Below are positions 16,850 to 25,700 of a DNA stretch of 45,255 bases, in pieces. Below the pieces are notes generated by a model. The model was not told where the DNA came from. It worked only from the letters and a program-made list of their open reading frames with translations, and did no database searches. Source of the stretch: Kiritimatiellia bacterium (lineage in GTDB: Bacteria > Verrucomicrobiota > Kiritimatiellia > RFP12 > UBA3636); assembly GCA_017413145.1 (NCBI GenBank), contig JAFPUX010000366.1, positions 1-45,255 of the forward strand, read 5' to 3'. How positions within the stretch are numbered: position 1 is the first letter of the stretch; each line of letters opens with the position of its first letter. The translations under genes and the position numbers were made by a program.

Positions 16850-17277
16850 GGCTGCTCGACGCCAACATCCTGATGTACGCGTCGTTCGACGTCTATCCGC
16901 AGCACGCCCGGACGAAGGCGTGGCTGGACGAGCGCCTCAACGATCCGGACGTCCCCCTCGGAATCCCGTGGGAAAGCGCGCTGGCGTTCGTCCGGCTTGC
17001 GTCCAACCCCCGCGTCCGCACCCCGGCGCTCCGCGTGTCCGAGGCCTGGCGGCAGGTTCGGAACTGGCTCTCGGCGCAGCCGGTCTGGATCCCGCTGCCC
17101 ACGCCCCGGCACCGGAACGTCCTGGACGAGCTGCTCGCCCGTCCCGGGATGAACTCGAAGCTCGTCGCGGACGCCCATCTGGCCGCCCTGGCGATCGAAC
17201 ATGGCCTCGTCCTCTGCTCCGCCGACACGGACTTCGCCCAGTTCCCGAACCTTCGTCTGGAGAACCCGGCGATCTAG
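16846..17277 (+). CDS. vapC: Type II toxin, PIN-domain ribonuclease VapC
   Basis: MRLLDANILMYA (acidic residue at position 5), DAHLAALAIEHG, and SADTDFAQF near the C-terminus. Length is 143 aa. It is translationally coupled to the antitoxin. Confidence 0.85.
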   Translation: MRLLDANILMYASFDVYPQHARTKAWLDERLNDPDVPLGIPWESALAFVRLASNPRVRTPALRVSEAWRQVRNWLSAQPVWIPLPTPRHRNVLDELLARPGMNSKLVADAHLAALAIEHGLVLCSADTDFAQFPNLRLENPAI

Positions 17278-17358
17278 AAAGGATCGGCCCCGCGGAGCGT
17301 GGGCCGTACGGCCGCCGCAACGCCGGTCGCGGCGGCGGGCGCAGCCCGCGCCGCGCGT

Positions 17359-17400
17359 CCGGCGTTGCAAAGCCACGAACCGGCGTTGCAAAGCCGCGAA
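17359..17400 (+). promoter_or_regulatory. Two tandem 21-bp direct repeats abutting the -35 of leader A2 (candidate activator sites)
   Basis: CCGGCGTTGCAAAGCCACGAA (17359-17379) and CCGGCGTTGCAAAGCCGCGAA (17380-17400) match at 20 of 21 positions. The period of 21 bp equals two helical turns. The repeats end 2 nt before TTGACC at 17403. Confidence 0.5.
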
Positions 17401-17402
17401 AC

Positions 17403-17512
17403 TTGACCGCGCGCGCGCGCTATGGTAGCCTTTATTCCCGAAGGGGCGCCCCGGACGGGGCGCACCCCTTTACAAGGCCCGACAATCACCCGATTGACGC
17501 ATGGAGACTCCC
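17403..17512 (+). promoter_or_regulatory. Conserved promoter + leader, type A copy 2
   Basis: TTGACC at 17403-17408, a 17-nt spacer (GCGCGCGCGCGC...), then TGG-TAGCCT (17426-17431). Hairpin GCGCCCC-GGAC-GGGGCGC within 17443-17468. Box CAATC-ACCC-GATTG at 17483-17496. GGAGA SD. ATGAAA at 17513. Confidence 0.55.
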
Positions 17513-20500
17513 ATGAAACTGCGATTCCTCCCCGCCACCGCGCTCCTTGTTGCCGTCACCCTCCTCGCGCCAGCTTTCGGCGCGTCGCTCGACACGGCGG
17601 CGTTCTCCTGGCGCATTCCGGTCACGGTGTCCGGCTACACGGGCGAATCCACGCTCACGGACTTCCCGGTTCTCGTCACGCTGGCGGCGGACGCCCCGTC
17701 CGGGTTCGACTACGCCAAGTGCGCGGCGGACGGCTCCGATCTGCGCTTCGCGGACGCGGACGGAAATCTGCTCTCGCACGAGATCGAGACGTGGGATGCG
17801 AACGGCACGTCCTTCGTCTGGGTCAAGCTCCCGGCCCTCGCCGGCACGGCGACGTCCTTCTCCGCCTACTTCGGCACGAACGGCGTCTCCGCCCTGCCCG
17901 AGGTCCTCTCGACCAACGTCTGGTCGCGCTACGCGGCCGTCTTCCACGGCGGCGCGACGATCGCCGACGCGACCGGGCACGCGACGGCGATTACCGCGAA
18001 CGGCGCGACGACCGCCACGAGCGGCGGAAAGGCCGGCGGCGTGATGTCGAAAGGAAGCGCCAAGGGTGTCACGTTCTCGAATCCCGTCACGTCGGGCGCG
18101 CTCTCTACCATCGACAGCTTCTCGTTCTCCGGCTGGTTCAAGACGACCGGCGTGCGAGGTTCCGTTCTTCTCGTCAACAAGAATCGCAACGAATGGAACA
18201 ACAACGGATTCGTTGCCATCGTCGAAGGGGGGACATACTTCTCTGTTGGTGTCGGCGTGAACGGTTCGGGTGCGCATCAGGGGGCGTCGGGCAAGGGCGC
18301 GCTCGTCACCGGCACCTGGGGTCATCTATCTTTTTCTTATGACAAATCGGCGACGACGCTCAAGTCCTATTTCAACGGAGACGGCATCTACTCCACGACC
18401 TCGGCGCGCAATATCCTCGACCCGGGGAAGGCGACCTGGGGATTCGGCGGACACCAAGACAGCACCGACTATTGCTTCCAGGGCGACATGGACGAAGTGC
18501 GCGTCTTCAACGGCACGGCGTCCGCCGACTGGATCAAGGCCGAATACGACTCGGTGAACGACCCGGCCGCGTTCGCCAAGGCGGGAACGGCCGTCGAAAT
18601 CAATCTTGACGCCCCCCGCTTCGGTTCCGTCTCCGCCGCGGTCAACCGTTCGGACGCGACGTTCTCCGTCGCGCTCTCGAACGTCTCCGCGGAGACCGCC
18701 GTCTCCGTCTTCTACGGTCTCGAGGGCTCGACCTTCGCGGAGCTTCCGCTCGGAACGCTCTCCGCGGACGGGACGCTGACCGCCACGGCGGCCGGTCTGG
18801 GCGCCGGCTCGTATGTCTGGTACGCTCGCGCCACGTCCACCGTGGCCGGCGTCACCTACACTCCCTCGACCGCCCGCGGCGCATTCGCCGTCACGTACGC
18901 CAAGGACCCGACCGCCTCCTACAAGCACTTCACGGCGACCGTCTCCTACGCGGGGACGCCCGCCGCCGACATTCCGGTCCTGCTCCGGATTTCCGAGGAC
19001 TCGCCCGACGGCTTCCACTACGCCGACGTCACGGAGACGGGCTTCGAGTTCGTCGACGCCGACGGCAACATCCTGCCGTGGGAGATCGACACGTGGGACA
19101 CGACCGGCACGTCGCTCGTCTGGGTGAAGGTGCCGTCCTACGCGGGGGGCGCCACCGTCACCGCGCGCTACGGCGGCGCCTTCGCCAACGCCCGCCCCGC
19201 CGCATCGGGGGTCTGGAGCGGCTACGTCGGCGTCTGGCACCTCAATGAAACCAATTCCGCAAGCGCCTACGGCTCCTACCCGAACTCGACCGCGGTTCCC
19301 GGCATCGACGGCGAGAAGGCGCAGGCGTCCGTCGCGGACGAGGAGGGCGCGATCGGCAAGTCGGTCATGATCTCCCAGGCGACCTCGAAACAAGGAACCG
19401 GCTACCAGCTCGGCGGCGTGTTCGTCCCCGATTCCGGCGCGAACGCCCCGCTCGACCTCGGCGATTCGTTCGTCATTTCCGGCTGGTTCAAGCACAAGGA
19501 CTTCGACTACTACTGGGACAAGCTCTTCGCCAAGCGGAAGAAGGCCAGCAACCAGGAAACGCCGAACGGCGCGTTCGCGATCGAGATCGGCAACAGCGGC
19601 GGCTCGCACATCGTCACGGCCTGCGGCGCCGCCAGCACGGCGACCAAGCAGACGTTCCCCAAGTCGCTCAAGAACGCCTGGAACCGCCTGACGTTCGTCT
19701 ACGAGGGAACCTCCTGCCGCATCTACCAGAACGGCGCGTTCGTCGGCACCTCCACGATCGCCGCCGCGACGGACAACGACGCGTATCTGTGCTTCGGCAA
19801 CACGACGAGCGGCTACGGCGCCGGCACGGGCGACGCCGCCTGGGCGGGCTGGATCGACGAGGTGCGCCTCGCGGACGGCGTCCCGACCGCCGACTGGCTC
19901 GCCGCCGAACAGGCCGCGATGACGAACCTGCTCTCGTATGGCGCCGTCGCGTCCGTCGACCTGGGCGACCCGCGCATCGCCGCCCCCGTCGTCGAGCGCC
20001 TGGCGGACGGCACGTTCCGCGTCACCGCCGAAATCTCGCAGAACGAACCCGTGGCGGGGTCCGTGAAGTGCGTGGCCGGCGGCGTGGAATTCGCGATGAC
20101 GACCGAGGACGCGGCGCTCCCCGCGACCTACTCGGCCGTCCTCTCCGGACTCCCCGCCGGCACCTATACCGCGACCGTGCAGGCGGAGGCGGCGGGCGGC
20201 AGCGTCGTTTCCCGCACGGGCGCCGCCGTCTTCCACGCCGGCGCGCTCGTCGTTTCCAACGTGGCCGATGCCGATGAAGCCGCCCTCGCGCCCGGCACAT
20301 TCCGCATCTCGCGCGCGGACGCCGATCCGACGGACCTGCCCGCGCTCGCGTTCGACGTCGCGTTCTCCGGCCCCGGGCTTGACGCCGTCGTCGCGCCCGG
20401 CGTCACGACCCTCACGATCCCCGCCGGCGAGGCGTCCGTCGAAATCTCCGTCACGCCCGTCTACACGACCGCCGTCGACGAGGACACGACTCTCACGCTC

Positions 20501-21649
20501 GCCGTCTCGGGCGCGTTCATCGGAACGCCCTCGTCCGGTTCGATCACAATCGTCAATTCTCCCTACGACCCGGCCGTCCGCTATGTCGCGACGAGCGGCG
20601 ACGATGCGAACCACGGCTGCACGCTGGAGCTGCCGAAGAAGACCATCGCCGCCGCCATCTCGTCCCTCGACGCCATCGTGCAGACGCTTCCCTGCACCGT
20701 CCACGTCGCGCCGGGGCTGTATCCGATCTCCTCCAAGATCGTTCTCACGAACGCGATTCACGTCGTCGGCGACGACCCCGATCCATCGCATACGTTTGTC
20801 TCGAACACCGTCGAGGCCAGCTATTACACCCAGGACCAGCGAATCTTCCAGCTCAACCACGCCGAGGCGCTCGTCGCGAATCTGACGATGCAGAAGGGGC
20901 AGGAATACGGAGACGGCGGCAACCTCTACATCGGTTCCGCCGGCGGTACGGTCTCCAACTGCGTCATCGAGGCCGGCTACACGCGCGACAACGGCAAGGC
21001 CGGCGGCGCCTGGCTTGAAGCGGGCGTCGTGACGCACACCATCTTCCGCAGAAACAACTCGAACTCCTCTTCCGTCAACTGGCAGGGGAACCGACCCGGG
21101 CTTCTCCAGCTCAATGGCCAGGCTCGTGCGGAGAACTGCCTCTTCACCGAGAACAACCAGTATCGCGCCGTCACGCTGATCAACCTCGGCGGCTCGTCCG
21201 TCATGCGTAACTGTACGATCGTCGACACAAGCCTCTCGGCAACGAACGACTACTGCAAGTCGTGGTCCGCGCTCAACATCGGCTCCGGCGCGACGGTCCA
21301 GAACGTCGTGATCGCGGGCGTGACAAACACCATGGACGGCGCGGCGTGCCCGCCGACGGGATCGGTCGCGCAGTTCCAGAACGGCGCCTTCGACGGCGAC
21401 GTGTCGGCGCTGCCTGCCGGGACGGTCTCCGGCACGGCGGCGGCGTTCTTCCCGCACCATGCCGAAAACGTCCCCTACGAGGTCAAGTACCGCCCGAAGT
21501 CCGGCGGGCTCCTCGCCGACAAGGGCGCGAACTACGAACCGATGGCGCTCTACGACCTCTCGGGCGAACGGAAGCGCAAGATCGGCGCGCACGTCGACAT
21601 CGGCTGCTTCGAGGCGAACGCCGCCGGCACGGTCATCATCGTAAAATAG
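17513..21649 (+). CDS. Giant secreted protein: 2 x [DUF2341-like + LamG] units, SVFYG/Fn3-like module, Ig/Calx-like region, right-handed beta-helix with choice-of-anchor-Q-like end
   Basis: ATG 17513 (MKLRFLPATALLVAVTLLAPAFG) aligns with the ATGAAA starts of the paralogous leaders; the track start is 17501. DUF2341-type motif: DGSDLRFADADGNLLSHEIETWDANGTSFVWVKLP, and again at ...FEFVDADGNILPWEIDTWDTTGTSLVWVKVP. LamG motifs: DEVRVFNGTASADWIKAEYDS and GWIDEVRLADGVPTADWLAAE. C-terminus: HVDIGCFEANAAGTVIIVK. Confidence 0.9.
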   Translation: MKLRFLPATALLVAVTLLAPAFGASLDTAAFSWRIPVTVSGYTGESTLTDFPVLVTLAADAPSGFDYAKCAADGSDLRFADADGNLLSHEIETWDANGTSFVWVKLPALAGTATSFSAYFGTNGVSALPEVLSTNVWSRYAAVFHGGATIADATGHATAITANGATTATSGGKAGGVMSKGSAKGVTFSNPVTSGALSTIDSFSFSGWFKTTGVRGSVLLVNKNRNEWNNNGFVAIVEGGTYFSVGVGVNGSGAHQGASGKGALVTGTWGHLSFSYDKSATTLKSYFNGDGIYSTTSARNILDPGKATWGFGGHQDSTDYCFQGDMDEVRVFNGTASADWIKAEYDSVNDPAAFAKAGTAVEINLDAPRFGSVSAAVNRSDATFSVALSNVSAETAVSVFYGLEGSTFAELPLGTLSADGTLTATAAGLGAGSYVWYARATSTVAGVTYTPSTARGAFAVTYAKDPTASYKHFTATVSYAGTPAADIPVLLRISEDSPDGFHYADVTETGFEFVDADGNILPWEIDTWDTTGTSLVWVKVPSYAGGATVTARYGGAFANARPAASGVWSGYVGVWHLNETNSASAYGSYPNSTAVPGIDGEKAQASVADEEGAIGKSVMISQATSKQGTGYQLGGVFVPDSGANAPLDLGDSFVISGWFKHKDFDYYWDKLFAKRKKASNQETPNGAFAIEIGNSGGSHIVTACGAASTATKQTFPKSLKNAWNRLTFVYEGTSCRIYQNGAFVGTSTIAAATDNDAYLCFGNTTSGYGAGTGDAAWAGWIDEVRLADGVPTADWLAAEQAAMTNLLSYGAVASVDLGDPRIAAPVVERLADGTFRVTAEISQNEPVAGSVKCVAGGVEFAMTTEDAALPATYSAVLSGLPAGTYTATVQAEAAGGSVVSRTGAAVFHAGALVVSNVADADEAALAPGTFRISRADADPTDLPALAFDVAFSGPGLDAVVAPGVTTLTIPAGEASVEISVTPVYTTAVDEDTTLTLAVSGAFIGTPSSGSITIVNSPYDPAVRYVATSGDDANHGCTLELPKKTIAAAISSLDAIVQTLPCTVHVAPGLYPISSKIVLTNAIHVVGDDPDPSHTFVSNTVEASYYTQDQRIFQLNHAEALVANLTMQKGQEYGDGGNLYIGSAGGTVSNCVIEAGYTRDNGKAGGAWLEAGVVTHTIFRRNNSNSSSVNWQGNRPGLLQLNGQARAENCLFTENNQYRAVTLINLGGSSVMRNCTIVDTSLSATNDYCKSWSALNIGSGATVQNVVIAGVTNTMDGAACPPTGSVAQFQNGAFDGDVSALPAGTVSGTAAAFFPHHAENVPYEVKYRPKSGGLLADKGANYEPMALYDLSGERKRKIGAHVDIGCFEANAAGTVIIVK

Positions 21650-21659
21650 CGGCCTCGCG

Positions 21660-22685
21660 CTAGCGCGTGGTGCCGCGGGCGGCGACGGCGGGGCGAGCGA
21701 GAATCGACGCGGGAGCGCCGCCGGCGATCGCCTCGTCGAGCAGGCGCACGCCCGCTGCGGCGCGCTCGGTCTCGTGGGTCGAAACCGAGGAGAGGGGAAT
21801 CGCGGCCAGGGTGCAGAACGGCGAATCGTCCACGCCGAGGACCTTCACCTGCTCCGGCACGCGAACGCCCGCCTCGAGCAGTGCGTTGAGCACCAGCGCC
21901 GCGCCGCGGTCGGACTCGCAGAAGACGGCGTCGATCGCGCGGCGCTTCGCGGCGGCGGCGATGCGCGCGAGGGCGTCCGCGTTCGGCACGTAGGTGCGGC
22001 TGATCGCGACGACGCGGTCGTCCGCCACGGGCGCGCCGGCCTTCTCGAAGACCGCCCGGAAGCCGGCGAGGCGCCGCTCGCCGACCTTCGCGGAGAAGCC
22101 CGGCGAGGAGAGCGCGAGCGGACGGCGGCAGCCGCGCGAGAGCAGGTGCTTCGCGGCGACCTCGCCGACGGCCTCCTGCGAGACGCCGGCGTTCGGGACG
22201 CCCTCCGCGGCGGGGTCGCCGAACACGGTCGCGGCCGGCAGGCCGCGTTCCGCCAGCTCGGCCAGCGCGGGCGCGAGGTCGAAGTACGGCATGCCGCCGA
22301 AGAGCACGCCGTCCACGCGGGCGCGGGAGGCGGCGGCGAGGCAGTCGCGGCGGAACTCCGCCTCGTCGTGGAAGAACTGGAGCCCCATGCGCTTGCCGGC
22401 GCGGGCGAGCTCGCGCGTGGCGCCGTCGAGGAAACGCTCCAGGAGCGCGCTGCCCTCCGTGCCGTGGCGCGAGAGGAACACCGCGATGCAGTCCTGCCGC
22501 CCCGAGTGGAGCGAGCGCGCGGCGGCGTTCGGGACGAAGCCGCGCGCCTGGGCGATCTTCCGGATGCGGGAGGCCAGCTCCGGCCGCACGGTGCTGGTGC
22601 CCATGCGGCCGCTGAGGACCTTCGAGACGAGGGAGCGGGAGACGCCGGCTTCGCTGGCGATATCCAGGATTCTTACGGATGACAT
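21660..22685 (-). CDS. LacI-family transcriptional regulator
   Basis: N-terminal HTH: VRILDIASEAGVSRSLVSKVLSG. The C-terminal region has a periplasmic-binding-protein-like fold. It lies 39 nt downstream of, and co-oriented with, the 22725..26528 gene. Confidence 0.9.
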   Translation of the reverse strand: MSSVRILDIASEAGVSRSLVSKVLSGRMGTSTVRPELASRIRKIAQARGFVPNAAARSLHSGRQDCIAVFLSRHGTEGSALLERFLDGATRELARAGKRMGLQFFHDEAEFRRDCLAAASRARVDGVLFGGMPYFDLAPALAELAERGLPAATVFGDPAAEGVPNAGVSQEAVGEVAAKHLLSRGCRRPLALSSPGFSAKVGERRLAGFRAVFEKAGAPVADDRVVAISRTYVPNADALARIAAAAKRRAIDAVFCESDRGAALVLNALLEAGVRVPEQVKVLGVDDSPFCTLAAIPLSSVSTHETERAAAGVRLLDEAIAGGAPASILARPAVAARGTTR

Positions 22686-22686
22686 C

Positions 22687-22716
22687 GTGGTCGAGTGATC
22701 GAGTGGTCGAGTGGTC
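22687..22716. repeat. Octamer tandem repeat in the 39-nt gap between the glycosidase stop and the LacI start
   Basis: Plus strand reads GTGG TCGAGTGA TCGAGTGG TCGAGTGG TC. On the coding (minus) strand this is CCACTCGA x3 plus partial copies, ending 1 nt before the LacI ATG. No SD is visible. Confidence 0.7.
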
Positions 22717-22724
22717 TACCAGAC

Positions 22725-25700
22725 TTATGGCAGCAGGACGAGAGAGCCGAAGGCGCCGGGCGACCAGGGGTCGAGGCCGCGGCCCCAGGCCGCCGCGCCG
22801 TGGCCGGCGCCGTTGTCGGCGTCCGTGAGGCGCAACGAGAACCCGAGGCGCGTGCCGGGCTGCGGGCGCACGCCGCCCGCGTCGCCCCACGGGATGCGCA
22901 GCTCGTAGCAGGTGTCCTTGCCGGCGCGCTTCACGGCGACCTCGTAGACGGAAGAGTCCTTTGCGAGCTGGCCGCTCGAGAGGCCGGCGCTGTGCGCGGC
23001 CGGGCGGAACACGGTGTGGTGGCCGGAGCCGCCGCCCGGGCTCGCGGAGGACACGTACCACTCGATCGCCGCGCCCTCGGTGCCGGGGAGGCGGTTCACC
23101 GGGTGCAGGCCGATTTGGAGCGCGTCGCCGGAGAGCGTCTTCTCGCCGGTCTGCGCGACGTGCACGTCGTCGCGCACCCGGACGGCGAGGTAGAGCGCGT
23201 CGGCGTCCCACGCGAGTTGCGCGATGCCGGAGAGGTTCTCGGGCGTCCACTTGTAGCCGCCCTCGGCGACCATCTGGTTGGCGCACAGGAGCGGGACCGG
23301 GTCGGCGAAGTCCCAGTCGGAGAGGTCGCCGTCGATCGTGCGCGGCTTCGCGGCCTTGTGCGCCTCGGCGGCCCAGTCGGAGCCGTCGTAGGCCGTCACG
23401 CGGAGGTTGTCGTAGAGCGCGGTGCCCTTCGCGCCCCTCGCGACGGGCTGGACCTGGGCGTCGGCGTTGTCCGGCACGCTGCCGGCGACCTTGATCATGA
23501 GCTGCCAGGCGCCGAAGCTGTCCTTCGGGGCGCAGAAGACGTCCGGGATGTAGAGGTCGTAGTGGCCGCCGCTCTTCTGGAAGAACGACATGTTGGAGCC
23601 GGCGTACATGTCGTCGGTCCGCATCCACGCGGTGTAGAGGAGGTCGCGGCCGGGCGTCGGATTGTGGATCCGCTGGAAGCACTGCACGTAGTCGGGGGAA
23701 TGGTCGAGCGAGAGAGCGTGGCCCTCCTCGCCGGGGCGCCCGCCGGGCAGGTCGACCACGCGGCCGCCGCCGATCCATCCGTTCTTCCCGTTCTCGAAGC
23801 CGCCATTGGCGAGGAGGTTGCCGAGCGTGGCGGGGTCGACGGTGTCCACCGCGACCGAACGCGCCGCCTTGTCGGCCTTCTCGGCCTTGGGCGCCTTCCA
23901 GGCGACCGCGACGACGGCCTCCGAGGGGCCGTCGGGAAGCGCCTCCGGCGGGATGTCCAGGACGTAGTGCGCGTTTTCGCCGGCAGCGAGCCTGAACAAC
24001 TTGCGGACGGCGGACTTTCCGGCGACGGAGATGTCGAGGCCGCCCGCGACGGGGACGCGGAGCGGGTTGCGGACGGAGACGCGCAGCTGCGGGTCGGCGC
24101 CCTTGACGAAGCCGACGCTCGGCTTGGACGTGAGCGGCCCCTGGCCGTCGACCGAGAGCGCGCAGCGCACGGCGAGGCGGCTCAGCGGCAGCCCCTCGTA
24201 GAACGCCGGCATCGCGCCGGCGGCGACCGGGATCGCGTTGCCGTCGCCGACGGACACCTCCGTCGCGTTTCCCTGGTGGTCGGTGCGCACGACCGTGGTG
24301 CCGGGCGTGGCGGGGATCTTGACGTCGACGGGCGGCGCGGCGGGGTTGCCGTTCACGGAGCCGACCACCGCGAGCGCGGTGCCGTCCTTGCGCTCGAAGA
24401 CGAGGACGCGCGCGCCGGGTTCGGCGTAGTAGCCGCCGACGGGGCGGGCGTCGCCGAGCTTGGCGGAGAGGACGGCGAGCGTCGCGGCGACGGGCCGCGG
24501 CGTGTGGTCGTCGAGGAGGTATTTCCAGTTGCCGGCGGGGTTCGCCTCGCCGCCGAAGTAGATGATGCCGTCCACGCCCGCGACGAGTTGCTCGGGCCAG
24601 GAGCGCATCACTTGCATCGACTGGATGGCGCTGCGCTCGAGCGCCTCGCGGCCCTCCATGCCCCAGACGGAGATGCCGCAGGCGTTCTCGTCGTCCCAGA
24701 CGGAGGAAACGCCGCCCGCGGCGGCGTCCGCGAGCGCCTCGGCCGCGCTCCCGTAGCTGCCGTAGTGGATCGGGAGGATGTCGATGGATTTTCCGACGCC
24801 GGCGCCGAGCAGGTCGAGGCGGAAGTTGCGCGGCCAGAGGCCGCCCGCGAGGATGGACTTGGCCTTGGGGTTCACCTTGCGCAGCTCCTCCGCGCCGATT
24901 TCGCAGAAGCGCTTGTAGTCGGACACGGGGTCGGAGCTCTTGCTGCCGGGGACGATCTCGTTGAGCCACTCGATGCCGTAGACGCGCTTGCCGAACTTCT
25001 GCGCGATCGCGCGAATGCTCTCGCGCCAGCCGTCCTCGTCGAAGGGATACGGCTCGAAGCCGGGCGAGTGGACGTGCTCGGGCAGCACCCACTCGGGCGC
25101 GCCGGTGAGCATGAGCCAGGGCTTGATGCCGTGCTTGAGCTGGCGGTCCATCGAGGCGGAGAGGCCGTCGAAGCGGTACTCGCCGCGCTTCGGGACGAGC
25201 CCGCCCCACCCGGTGAACATGCGGTTCACGGAGAAGCCGAGCTTCGCGGCCGCCTCGCACTCCATCTCCGTGTGCAGGTCGGTCGCGCCGAACGGCGCGC
25301 GCTTGCCGCCGAGCGCCTTGTCGACGTCGGGGATCACGCCGAAGAACGCGTCCACCTTCGCGTCGCCGCCGCGCCCCTCCGCGAGGAAGCAGCCGAGGCG
25401 CCTGCCGACGACGCCCGAGAGGTCGACCTTGGCGGTCTTGCCGGGCGTGGGGATGGTGGCGGTCGCGGTTCCGACCTCCTCGAGCCGCCCGTCCGTGTCG
25501 AGCGCGCAGACCTTGATCGCGACCGGAGCGCCGGCCTTCGCGTCGGCCGCCGCGACGAGGTCGAGCACGGGCTTCTCGCGGCCCGCGACGAAGAGGCCGC
25601 CCGCGGTCGGGGCGACGAGGTCGATGCCCACCAGCGGGCGCACGAGCCGCGGCGCGCTGCAGGTCGTCGTCCACGGGAAGTCCCGGTCGTCGCCGCCGCG

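Noticed and set aside
17422-17512. Apparent conserved leader peptide (..QGPTITRLT[H/Q]GDSHET..) at the start of off-frame ORFs 17422..18342 and 34108..34941, and inside 26543..27913.
   Set aside because: The conservation is at the nucleotide level (CAATC-N4-GATTG box, SD, ATGAAA). The frames run out of phase into the real genes, have no SD of their own, and use GTG or internal starts. It is a by-product of the conserved leader.
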